Source: an uncultured Candidatus Saccharibacteria bacterium
Lineage (GTDB): Bacteria > Patescibacteriota > Doudnabacteria > UBA920 > O2-02-FULL-48-8
Assembly: GCA_964605735.1 (NCBI GenBank)
Contig: CAZSDS010000001.1
Location: 198,771-262,770 of the forward strand
Direction: 5' to 3'
Length of the DNA stretch: 64,000 nt
Positions 47,749 through 58,246 of this stretch are shown here, in pieces. Below the pieces are notes generated by a model that was not told where the DNA came from, made no database searches, and saw only the letters and a program-made list of their open reading frames with translations. Each line of letters opens with the position of its first letter. The first letter of the stretch is position 1. The translations under genes were made by a program, and so were the position numbers.

Positions 47749-48276
47749 TTATTGGTTTGAAGATCTTTTTCTGCCTGAGTTCCTTATCGGCATCAGGTAT
47801 TTCTTTGGGTCACTGTCCAGGTCCAAATACGAATCAGCCAACTCTCTCATCCTGGAGGAAGTGCTTTTCCCAAACGAGACAAGTTCCACCCGCTGACCCA
47901 AAATCTGCAGATATTCCAGGAGTGGGATAAAGTCACCGTCACCGCAACCAAGCACCACCACATCAAGTTTTGGGCTCAACTTTATGATATCCATTACGAT
48001 ACCCACATCCCAATCTCCTTTTTTTACCCCGCCATAATAACTCTGCAGATCTTTGAGTTTTAGCTCAAAGCCGGATTTTTTTACAGCGTCGAAGAAAGTC
48101 TGTTCTTCCGGCATTTGCGCTCTTATGCCATAAGCTATAGCCCGCACCAAAGGCCTCTCGCCAACGCCATCTTTTAAAATAGCTGAGAAATTTATTCTCG
48201 CGTTGTAAATATTTCTTGCCGAATAGTATAAGTTCTGAATATCCACGAAGAAACCGACTCTTTGTTCTGCTTTCAT
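47749..48276 (-). CDS. NYN-domain (LabA-like, PIN-fold) protein
   Basis: 175 aa with VGFFVDIQNLYYSARN and VVVLGCGDGDFIPLLEYLQILGQRV. Confidence 0.7.
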   Translation of the reverse strand: MKAEQRVGFFVDIQNLYYSARNIYNARINFSAILKDGVGERPLVRAIAYGIRAQMPEEQTFFDAVKKSGFELKLKDLQSYYGGVKKGDWDVGIVMDIIKLSPKLDVVVLGCGDGDFIPLLEYLQILGQRVELVSFGKSTSSRMRELADSYLDLDSDPKKYLMPIRNSGRKRSSNQ

Positions 48277-48280
48277 ACGT

Positions 48281-49333
48281 TTATTGGTTTATAAGTTTTT
48301 CAGTTTTAGATTCACTGGCCACAGCAGAAATTGGCTGTTCCTGCTTTTCAGCCTGCAATTCCAGAGTGGACGCGTTAATAATTGTTGTTTTAAGTTTTGC
48401 GTAATCCGAGCTGGCCACGTCCATGGCCCCGCTGGCGTTTTTAACATGTCTTAAGGCAGTATCAAAAGTTTTTTGGAATTTATCGCTTTCCTGTTTGATT
48501 CCTGCCACCATAGCCAAAATCTGGTGGGCAGCTTTGTTGATCTGCTGGCCACGCAATGAGAACAGGAAAGTCTGCAACGTCAAATACAATGTGTTTGGCC
48601 CGACAAAAACGACCTTCTTTTCCCTGGCGTATTTCATTGTTTCCGAGTCATCGGCGACTTCAATATATACCCCTTCGCTTGGGATGAACATTAAAGCAAA
48701 ATCATAAGTGTTTTCCTGAGGCAAAATATATTTTTTGGCAATTTCATCAATTCGCTTCTTTATATCGCGAATAAAGGTTTTCTTTAAACTCTCAGCCGCT
48801 TCGTCTGTGCTTGCTTCCTTATATTGCCTAAAATTTTCCATGCTGAATTTACTGTCTAAACAAATAATGCGATCACCTATCCTGACGATAGCATCCACAG
48901 TTTCGCCATTTTTGAATTTAACCTGAGTGTCATAAGCAGTCCGGGGAAGAACCAAACTTAACAAATTTTCCAGCATTTCCTCGCCAAAGTTGCCGCGCAT
49001 TTTAGGCGACGACATGGTCTCCGCAAGTCTTCTAATGTCCGGACCAATTTGCGAAACCCCACCAAGCTCTTTTGTCAGTGCCGCAATAACCCTTCCGGCA
49101 TTATCCAGTCTTTCATTAATTGCTTTGTTTGTTTCCTTTATTTCCCTCTCCATTGTTTCTTTAGTTGCTTCGGTTCCTGCCTTGATGTCGCGCATCCATT
49201 CAGTCATGACCCGCAGAGCTTCATTGTCCTGAGGTTTGGCTGAGCTTTGTTTCATATAATAAAACAAAGCAGCAAAACCCGCTGCCACCACCGCCAAAAG
49301 TATGTAAAATTGAGTGTTTTCCATATAAACCAT
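48281..49333 (-). CDS. rmuC: DNA recombination protein RmuC
   Basis: 350 aa with an N-terminal TM, a coiled coil and the RmuC core (KMRGNFGEEMLENLL). Its stop is 5 nt before the NYN gene. Confidence 0.8.
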   Translation of the reverse strand: MVYMENTQFYILLAVVAAGFAALFYYMKQSSAKPQDNEALRVMTEWMRDIKAGTEATKETMEREIKETNKAINERLDNAGRVIAALTKELGGVSQIGPDIRRLAETMSSPKMRGNFGEEMLENLLSLVLPRTAYDTQVKFKNGETVDAIVRIGDRIICLDSKFSMENFRQYKEASTDEAAESLKKTFIRDIKKRIDEIAKKYILPQENTYDFALMFIPSEGVYIEVADDSETMKYAREKKVVFVGPNTLYLTLQTFLFSLRGQQINKAAHQILAMVAGIKQESDKFQKTFDTALRHVKNASGAMDVASSDYAKLKTTIINASTLELQAEKQEQPISAVASESKTEKLINQ

Positions 49334-49370
49334 TATACCAAAATTGCCGGAAATTCACCAAAAAACGCAG

Positions 49371-49399
49371 TTGCCAAACCGCATAAAAAGGTGTATATT
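49371..49399 (+). promoter_or_regulatory. Sigma70-like promoter (TTGCCA-17-TATATT)
   Basis: The -35 is at 49371-49376 and the -10 at 49394-49399. It lies upstream of the 49469 gene, which has a strong SD (GGAGGAG). Confidence 0.45.
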
Positions 49400-49468
49400 G
49401 GTGTATCGCTCTTTGGCAAGATTTTTACAGCCCGTTAACCGGCAAACTGTGTTCGTATTGGAGGAGAA

Positions 49469-50470
49469 ATGAACGTAAGCTCGCCTGAAACGAAAAGCAA
49501 GATCACGGAACTTGGATTGAGTATTTCACAATACTCCAAACCCTTGCAAATTACACCCAAAACAATCCGTGACCGCCTCACAGAGCAACTCGTTCTTGAA
49601 TCGGATCTCGACGATCCAAAAAAGATTGCCAGTGTTCTTGGTCCTCTCCTGCACGAACAGAGAAGGATGAAGAGTGTGGAGGACTCCAGATCCGTTCGCG
49701 AGGTTGTCATCGGCTGGCTCAAGAAACTCCAAGAAAAGGGCTACAGTGATTGGGGTTCGAGAATCATCAATTTCGAGGAGATCACTGTGCCACTGGACGC
49801 GCCTGTTCTGCCTGAGCCGCACTACGAACCCGAAACCGTGTTCACGAGGTTCAAATCTGAGAACGGACACGCTCCGGAGCCGCGGTTCTCATGGTCAACG
49901 TGGTGGGACAGCAAGAAGGATGTTCTGGATATCCCAGGCACAGCCCTGCTTGTGATCGCACTGCTCCTGCTCATTGCAGCAAGACTCTGGTGGCCAGAGT
50001 GGCTGTTCATCACACTCGCGATTTCAGCCGTTCTAGCGCTTGCCTATTTCGTCGCAAGATCCACTGTAGTAAAGTCTATTGCTATGGCTGGACTCTTCAT
50101 CGTGGTTCTGGTGGGTGTCCTTTTGCTGATCCAGAAGTCCAGAGGGGACTCTGTGGTGGTAAGACACGGCGACACAACCTTGCCATCTGAAGCGAATCAG
50201 GCGGCAACCAAGGCAGACATCAACCAGGTCACGACCGCTCTAGGTTCGCAGATCGAAAGCGTGAAAACCGAAGTCAGTGCGCTGAACAGCAAGGTTGAGG
50301 CCGTGGACAAACGCGTCACGGCAGTGGAGGCGAAAATCGCCAAACCTGCGCCACGCCGAACAGCTACTCCGTCAGCCAAACCAACCACCAAAGGAGGAGT
50401 CATCATCTACGACAAGACAGTCCGCGGCAAAACGCGGGTTATCCGCACGGAGACGATGACAAAAAAATAG
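49469..50470 (+). CDS. Hypothetical membrane protein (GC-rich; cytoplasmic N-domain, 3 TM, C-terminal coiled coil and basic tail)
   Basis: 333 aa. GC is clearly above the local background. It is followed by two stem-loops and a T-run. Confidence 0.45.
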   Translation: MNVSSPETKSKITELGLSISQYSKPLQITPKTIRDRLTEQLVLESDLDDPKKIASVLGPLLHEQRRMKSVEDSRSVREVVIGWLKKLQEKGYSDWGSRIINFEEITVPLDAPVLPEPHYEPETVFTRFKSENGHAPEPRFSWSTWWDSKKDVLDIPGTALLVIALLLLIAARLWWPEWLFITLAISAVLALAYFVARSTVVKSIAMAGLFIVVLVGVLLLIQKSRGDSVVVRHGDTTLPSEANQAATKADINQVTTALGSQIESVKTEVSALNSKVEAVDKRVTAVEAKIAKPAPRRTATPSAKPTTKGGVIIYDKTVRGKTRVIRTETMTKK

Positions 50471-50502
50471 ACGGTCTTATGCCGTCTATTCACCCGCCCG
50501 CT

Positions 50503-51699
50503 TCAACGCGAGGCGGTTTTTTTATTGATGATTTCTTTAACAATCTCTTTTTCATTCCAAGGCAGCTCCTGATTAGCCAATGCCAAAGTTGGTTCATGTC
50601 CTTTCCCAGTAAGCACCAGGAAATCTCCTGCCTTTGCATTATTTATTGCAAACTCAATTGCCTTTCGCCTGTCTTCAATCAAGAATAAATTCTCGCCTGA
50701 TGTGTATTTTTGTGCTACACCTTTCCTGATCTGGTCAATGATTTTTGCAACTAACTCATCTCTAGGGTCGTCTGCAGTAATAATTATGACATCTGCATAT
50801 TTGCTGGAAGCTGCACCCATTAAAGGCCTTTTTGATTCATCACGTTTTCCCGGCGCACCAAACAGGTGAACCAATCTTGCCGGGTTTGTGGCTTTTGCTT
50901 CCCTGAGCAGATTTTCAATTGAATTTGGAGTATGCGCAAAATCGACCATAACCTTAAAGTCACCGTCGTATACGATGTTTTGCCGTCCGTCAGGGGCTTC
51001 AAAGGTTGTAATTGCGGATTTAATCACATCATCCGGCAAACCCAGCTCCCTGCAGACCCCTGCAGCCGCAAGAATATTGTAATCGTTAAAACTCCCAAAC
51101 AGCTTTGACGCAAATCTGAATTTTTCCAAATTTAGATCCGCTTTGCCCTTTCTGGAATAGGTCAGGACCTTATTCTTTAAAATTTCTGCATTTTTAGCAA
51201 TATTTGGATCATCAATATTTATGACAGCACAATCAGCCGACTGCAAAAACTTAAACTTTGCGGAAATATAGGCGTCAAAAGTTGGGTGATAATCAAGATG
51301 TTCGTGCGTAATATTCGTGATGGCTGCCACTTTATAATCAATGCCCCAGATTCTGTTTTGATCAATGCCGTGGGATGACGTTTCAATAACAGCAAAGTCA
51401 TAACCCTCTTTCACTGCCTGACGCAAAAGCCTCTGGATTGCAAATGCAGTAGGGGTGGTTACGTGAAATCCAGTATCAATTTTCTTGCCGTCGAAATATG
51501 CTCCCACTGTTGTAATCATGACGGCTTTTTTTCCGGAAGATTTCAAAATGTGGTAAATGAGACTGCACGTTGTGGTTTTGCCGTCAGTGCCGGTCACTCC
51601 AACAACAGTAATTCTCTTTCCCGGGAACCGGTACAGGATATTAGCGAGAATGGACAAGCCGAGATGGGCGATGTTTTTTAGTTTCCTAAGCATAAGCAA
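50503..51699 (-). CDS. Mur ligase family protein (MurE-like, lacking the N-terminal domain)
   Basis: Motifs VVGVTGTDGKTTT, TTP, VIETSSHG and ITNITHEHLDYH are present. At 398 aa it is shorter than a typical ~490-aa MurE. Confidence 0.65.
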   Translation of the reverse strand: MLMLRKLKNIAHLGLSILANILYRFPGKRITVVGVTGTDGKTTTCSLIYHILKSSGKKAVMITTVGAYFDGKKIDTGFHVTTPTAFAIQRLLRQAVKEGYDFAVIETSSHGIDQNRIWGIDYKVAAITNITHEHLDYHPTFDAYISAKFKFLQSADCAVINIDDPNIAKNAEILKNKVLTYSRKGKADLNLEKFRFASKLFGSFNDYNILAAAGVCRELGLPDDVIKSAITTFEAPDGRQNIVYDGDFKVMVDFAHTPNSIENLLREAKATNPARLVHLFGAPGKRDESKRPLMGAASSKYADVIIITADDPRDELVAKIIDQIRKGVAQKYTSGENLFLIEDRRKAIEFAINNAKAGDFLVLTGKGHEPTLALANQELPWNEKEIVKEIINKKTASR

Positions 51700-51788
51700 A
51701 TTATAGCATTTTCATCTGGTTAACAAGATCACACCTCCCAAAAATGAACAGAGGCCTGCCCATCAGCAACTGCTGACATTCAGACCTC

Positions 51789-51867
51789 TGGCGCTCGCGA
51801 AGGGATTTGAACCCTCGATCTTCTCCGTGACAGGGAGACGTGTTAGACCGGGCTACACCACGCGAGC
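51789..51867 (-). tRNA. tRNA-Asp (GUC), CCA encoded
   Basis: The minus-strand sequence GCUCGCGUGGUGUAGCCCGGUCUAACACGUCUCCCUGUCACGGAGAAGAUCGAGGGUUCAAAUCCCUUCGCGAGCGCCA folds as a cloverleaf by hand, with anticodon GUC. Confidence 0.85.
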
Positions 51868-51883
51868 ACGATATTGATTCCCT

Positions 51884-51960
51884 TGGTGGCTGGGGTGAGA
51901 ATCGAACTCACGACCTCGGGCTTATGAGTCCCACGCTCTAACCAACTGAGCTACCCAGCC
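51884..51960 (-). tRNA. tRNA-Met (CAU), elongator-type (could alternatively be a lysidine-modified tRNA-Ile2), CCA encoded
   Basis: GGCUGGGUAGCUCAGUUGGUUAGAGCGUGGGACUCAUAAGCCCGAGGUCGUGAGUUCGAUUCUCACCCCAGCCACCA. The G1-C72 and C11-G24 pairs make it elongator-like. Confidence 0.8.
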
Positions 51961-51965
51961 TTTCC

Positions 51966-52040
51966 TGGTTGCGGGGGCGGGACTTGAACCCGCAGTCTTC
52001 AGGTTATGAGCCTGACGAGATACCATTTCTCTACCCCGCG
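51966..52040 (-). tRNA. Initiator tRNA-fMet (CAU), CCA encoded
   Basis: CGCGGGGUAGAGAAAUGGUAUCUCGUCAGGCUCAUAACCUGAAGACUGCGGGUUCAAGUCCCGCCCCCGCAACCA. The C1 x A72 mismatch and the A11-U24 pair are initiator hallmarks. Confidence 0.8.
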
Positions 52041-52124
52041 TCGGTTGTTGTGGTGACAATCTAACATAAAAAGCAGGCATCGGATCTTATGTCACCTCGA
52101 AACGTTAATCCTGCAAGCCAATAG

Positions 52125-52152
52125 ATTATAACACTTTTTTGGAAATAATCAA
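52125..52152 (-). promoter_or_regulatory. Promoter of the tRNA-fMet/Met/Asp operon (TTGATT-16-TGtTATAAT)
   Basis: On the minus strand, the -35 ttgatt is at 52152-52147 and the extended -10 gtgttataat at 52134-52125. The predicted transcription start is about 52118, giving a ~78-nt leader before the tRNA-fMet 5' end. Confidence 0.5.
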
Positions 52153-52172
52153 GTCCTGGGACCCCTTATCGG

Positions 52173-52204
52173 CCTTAAGGGAAAATAAAACAACCGGCCT
52201 AAGC
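52173..52204 (-). terminator. Intrinsic terminator downstream of cca
   Basis: The minus strand reads CCGGCuuagGCCGG followed by UUGUUUUAUUUU. Confidence 0.5.
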
Positions 52205-52454
52205 CGGATGTTTTATCAGAGTGCGAAGCTTATCGCTTCTTCTTCTTTGAGCCGCCCTTGCGCTTTGCTTTCTTAGCGGCCTTCTTCTTCTTTGCCATTT
52301 TGGTAGAAGACTTTCTTTGCGCTTGCCGTGAAATTTATTTTCACCGCAAGACTTAATTGTGTTTTATTTTTTTTCTTTCACCACGATAGTTTTTGTATCG
52401 GGAGAAATGCAAATGTAATGAACAAATTAATCGTAAGGTAAATTGCCCGCGTTG

Positions 52455-53837
52455 TCAAGTACTTTTCTCAAAATTTTTCAAAAACTTTTTTGCATCGGAA
52501 ATATTTTTTATTTCGCCAAGAATAATTTTATTTTCAAGTTGGTTTTTTATTGTCCCTATAACTCTTCCTGCTGGAAGTTTTGTTTGCTTCATGATGAAGT
52601 CACCATCAGTTATATTTTTAAACAACTTTTTCTTAGAATGAATATTCTTAAGCAATTTCAAGCCTTCTTCATACGAACTAATATTCGCCGGTTGCACATT
52701 TCCATCCATTTGAATCAACTTCCCAAGCTGGTCGGCGCGCCATAATTCAATCAACTCCGGGAAATATTTATGCTTGGCAAGCTGAACTTTTTTCTCTTCA
52801 GACATGTTCTTTCCAAAAGGTATCCTAGCCATGTGCATCTTAGTTATCCACAAGACTAAATCTCTTTCTTTGCGCCCAAATTTTAACCGTTGAGCAAATT
52901 TTTCAAACAGATCCGCTGAGGCAAATTCATGGTTTGGAAATGAATTAACCACCTCCCCGTTTTTTCTTTTGGGCCTTGCGGTAACTGCTTTGCCAGTGTC
53001 ATGAAACAAAGCGGCGTAAGCAAGTGGGGTGCTTCCAGGCTTTATGTTTTTTAACACCATAACAGCGTGCTCAAAAACACTGCCTTCCAAATGGTAAGTT
53101 TTTGATTTATGGAAAACATTTTTTAAGACAGCAACTTCCGGCATGATAAATTTCAACAGCCCAATATCCAGGAGAAGCCGCACGCCATACTCCCGGTTCT
53201 CAGAAAGCAATATTTTGTCCAACTCTGCTTTTATCCTTTCACCCGAAATTTGTTGTATATACTTTGCGCGTGTTTTTATTGCCGCAAAACTGTTTTTTTC
53301 GATTTTGAACTGCAGTTGGGTCGAAAACCTAACCGCCCTCAACATACGCAAAGCGTCCTCGTCAATCCTTTCCTTTGGGTTGCCTACAAACCTGACAATC
53401 TTTCTTTCAATGTCATTTTTTCCTTGATGCGGGTCAAGCGTGACCCTTTCAACCGGATCATAGTATATTGCATTGATGGTAAAATCCCTCCGTTTGGAAT
53501 CAGTCAGATAATCATCAATGAAGGAAACGCTTTCCGGTTTGCGCCGGTTTAGATATTTACCTTCTTGCCGAAATGTAGTTATTTCAATTGGACCGTGCTT
53601 GGTAGCAGCCAGAACAGTACCGAATTTCTCACCTCCGGACTTGGCATAATATTTTGCCTTCCTGAGAATTTTAATCACTGTTAATGGTTTGGCAGAGGTG
53701 GCGATATCCAGATTGTCTGAAGTCTTCCCCAAAACCATGTCGCGGACTGTTCCGCCAACCCAAAAGGCCTCAAACCCCTGACTCTGAATGAGCTTTACGA
53801 TTTTAAGGCCTTCTTTTTGTAATGGAGTAAGTTCCAC
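52455..53837 (-). CDS. cca: CCA-adding enzyme / tRNA nucleotidyltransferase with HD domain
   Basis: 460 aa. The polymerase-beta head domain shows GFEAFWVGGTVRDMVLG and DLDIATSA, and the C-terminal HD domain shows LFHDTGK. Confidence 0.85.
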   Translation of the reverse strand: MELTPLQKEGLKIVKLIQSQGFEAFWVGGTVRDMVLGKTSDNLDIATSAKPLTVIKILRKAKYYAKSGGEKFGTVLAATKHGPIEITTFRQEGKYLNRRKPESVSFIDDYLTDSKRRDFTINAIYYDPVERVTLDPHQGKNDIERKIVRFVGNPKERIDEDALRMLRAVRFSTQLQFKIEKNSFAAIKTRAKYIQQISGERIKAELDKILLSENREYGVRLLLDIGLLKFIMPEVAVLKNVFHKSKTYHLEGSVFEHAVMVLKNIKPGSTPLAYAALFHDTGKAVTARPKRKNGEVVNSFPNHEFASADLFEKFAQRLKFGRKERDLVLWITKMHMARIPFGKNMSEEKKVQLAKHKYFPELIELWRADQLGKLIQMDGNVQPANISSYEEGLKLLKNIHSKKKLFKNITDGDFIMKQTKLPAGRVIGTIKNQLENKIILGEIKNISDAKKFLKNFEKST

Positions 53838-53846
53838 TTTGTGCAG

Positions 53847-54251
53847 TTAGATTAACTGTTTGTAATATGGGTCGGTAATGCTTGGAATATATACCTCTAT
53901 CATCGCATCTTTGTAACGGGCGCGAAGAATGGAAACAACGTGCCGCAAAAACATTTCAAATTGCTCTGTTAAATCCTTATCTTTCTGGAAAAGTTTGAGG
54001 TTTTTCACGCCGCTTAAATCTTTGTCGCTGAAAACGAGGATTTTTGCAGTTGGGCTTTTCTCAAAGACTTCATCAATCCTCTCAAATACTGCCTCCCGTG
54101 CCGGTCCTTCGTTAAAAAGAGTATAGATTATTTCGGGTACAGTCTCTATTTCATAAGAATAAAGACTCAGGTGATCCTCCAGAAATGTGCCGAGTTTATC
54201 CTCTGTTCCAAAAGGCACGCAGAGCAGCGCGATTGCTTGAGAGTGTTTCAT
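53847..54251 (-). CDS. Hypothetical protein
   Basis: 134 aa with no recognised motif. Confidence 0.35.
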   Translation of the reverse strand: MKHSQAIALLCVPFGTEDKLGTFLEDHLSLYSYEIETVPEIIYTLFNEGPAREAVFERIDEVFEKSPTAKILVFSDKDLSGVKNLKLFQKDKDLTEQFEMFLRHVVSILRARYKDAMIEVYIPSITDPYYKQLI

Positions 54252-54260
54252 GACCTTCTG

Positions 54261-54695
54261 TTAGACAATTTTTTTAAATGTAACCTGTTCTTCTGGGCTG
54301 ATTAAAGCTATATATGCTTCAATTTGCTTGCTTGGGAAAGTATCCTGGATTATTTGCACAGCATTCTTTAGCTGGGACTCGTGGTTTTTCAACTCCATTT
54401 CAAGGCTTTCAAACGATTTGGTCCCGCCATAAGCGCCGCAGTCTTGATGGTTTATCAGGATTAATCTGTTTACGCTGTGGAGGTCAAAAGCAATTTTGTA
54501 ATTTGCAAACAGCCATTCGCGGATGGGGCCACCTTCAACTATCATTTTCACCCCACCTCCGTCAGTTTTCAAATCTACGGCATCCAATTTAAGCTCTTCC
54601 GTAATAAAATTATTCAAAGCCTTCCTGAACCGAAAATCAATACATGTTTGGACCAAAGCTTGTGCGTTATGTGGCATATATTCAATTTTAATCAA
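54261..54695 (-). CDS. Hypothetical protein with beta-carbonic-anhydrase-like CxDxR ... HxxCG motif pair (weak)
   Basis: 144 aa. TCIDFRFR and INHQDCGAYGG resemble the Zn-ligand motifs of beta-class carbonic anhydrases. The protein is shorter than typical family members. Confidence 0.3.
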   Translation of the reverse strand: MIKIEYMPHNAQALVQTCIDFRFRKALNNFITEELKLDAVDLKTDGGGVKMIVEGGPIREWLFANYKIAFDLHSVNRLILINHQDCGAYGGTKSFESLEMELKNHESQLKNAVQIIQDTFPSKQIEAYIALISPEEQVTFKKIV

Positions 54696-54781
54696 TTACT
54701 AGAAAATTTTAGCGCAACTGAAGCAATTTGGCAATAAAAAAAGGAACTGCAGAGCAGTTCCTTACAATCCGGGCAACCGTA

Positions 54782-55411
54782 CTAATTGGCGCTGGTTGTA
54801 GACTCCTGAACGGAGGTCCTTGAAGAGTTCTGGTGGTACTGAATCCAGCGTTGACGGGCAATAAAGTAGGTTTTCTTCTTGCCGTCGCCGTAGTCGATGT
54901 GGCAGAAGACAGCCACGCGAACTCCGGGGATGTTGGCTTTGATGTGCGACTTGGCTGTGAAGGCAATCCGGACAATGTCTTCGAACGAAAGATTGCCCGC
55001 CTCCCGAGCCATTGCGCATGGCGCATGAATATACAGCGCGACCGTTGAGATTCCCTTGTGGTCGAACAGATACTTCATGTCGAACATCAGGTATTCACCG
55101 TAGTACGGAGTCGCGTAGTTCGCGGGCGAGAGCATCGGGATCCTGAGAGCTCCTCCGAGCGGTGACATCGGAGTTACTCGTTTCTGACAGCCAGAATTCA
55201 AGATGTCAGCGACCTTGTAGTCATACATCTCGGGGAACTGGTCAGGGTCTCCGCAGGAAACAATGATCAGCCCGGTCTTAGGGTCAAGCTTGTGCCCATC
55301 GATGTTATCGAGGACTCTCGCCGCCTTGTAGCTCGCAATCAACTCGAGGTCACGGTCGGTAAGTGCACCCAATTGGTCCTCCTGTTCGACTCTAACAAAA
55401 AAGCAAAACAC
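54782..55411 (-). CDS. Hypothetical protein (GC-rich ORFan with conserved-looking Cys/His positions)
   Basis: About 209 aa with an uncertain start (the GTG at 55411, or an internal Met). Candidate catalytic Cys/His residues lie in IIVSCGDPD, LYIHAPCAMA and AVFCHIDYGDG. GC is elevated. Confidence 0.35.
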   Translation of the reverse strand: MFCFFVRVEQEDQLGALTDRDLELIASYKAARVLDNIDGHKLDPKTGLIIVSCGDPDQFPEMYDYKVADILNSGCQKRVTPMSPLGGALRIPMLSPANYATPYYGEYLMFDMKYLFDHKGISTVALYIHAPCAMAREAGNLSFEDIVRIAFTAKSHIKANIPGVRVAVFCHIDYGDGKKKTYFIARQRWIQYHQNSSRTSVQESTTSAN

Positions 55412-55532
55412 ACCATGTGTTCTGCCTTTTCCTCAAACCACAAAATGATCTGGAGAAAGGGAGGAACTGCTACGACTAGTTATTCTACTCCTTTTTTCGC
55501 TTTTAGTCAACGCTATAGCTGACGTTGGCCGT

Positions 55533-55979
55533 TTATTCCGTAAATACCCCTGATTCGAGGTTTGTATGTGTTCGGGTACGGTGCTTGCGCGCAACTTTAA
55601 GCCGGGCCAAGTGCTTTTCCAGAGAAGCCACAGCTTCAGCGGAAACTTTATCATCGGAATAGTTTTCCTGCATCATTTTCTGCGCCAGCTCTCTGGCCTT
55701 CTCAGCACGATCAGGATCTATCTCATGGCCGAATTCAGCTGTGTCAGCGAGCACTATGACTTCATTACCTTCGCGAACCTCCACAAAACCGCCTGACACA
55801 GCAAAAAAATTGTCATTGCCATTTTCAACAAATCTAAGTTCCCCAGCCTTTAGGTTGGAAACCAAAGGTATATGATTTTTGAGAACAGTGATTTCGCCGG
55901 TCTGAGTAGGCAGAGTAATTGACTCTACATCCTTTTCCAACAAAATTCGTTCTGGCGTGACAATTTTAAATCTAATCAT
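55533..55979 (-). CDS. atpC: F1Fo ATP synthase epsilon subunit
   Basis: MIRFKIVTPERILLEKDVESITLPTQTGEITVLKNHIPLVS..., 148 aa. Confidence 0.8.
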   Translation of the reverse strand: MIRFKIVTPERILLEKDVESITLPTQTGEITVLKNHIPLVSNLKAGELRFVENGNDNFFAVSGGFVEVREGNEVIVLADTAEFGHEIDPDRAEKARELAQKMMQENYSDDKVSAEAVASLEKHLARLKVARKHRTRTHTNLESGVFTE

Positions 55980-55994
55980 TATCTTGCATTAAAA

Positions 55995-58245
<2,251 letters not shown>

Positions 58246-58246
58246 T

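Noticed and set aside
54261-54695. Calling the 144-aa protein a beta-carbonic anhydrase
   Set aside because: Only the two short Zn-ligand-like motifs match and the protein is too short for the family. It is kept as a low-confidence note rather than a functional call.
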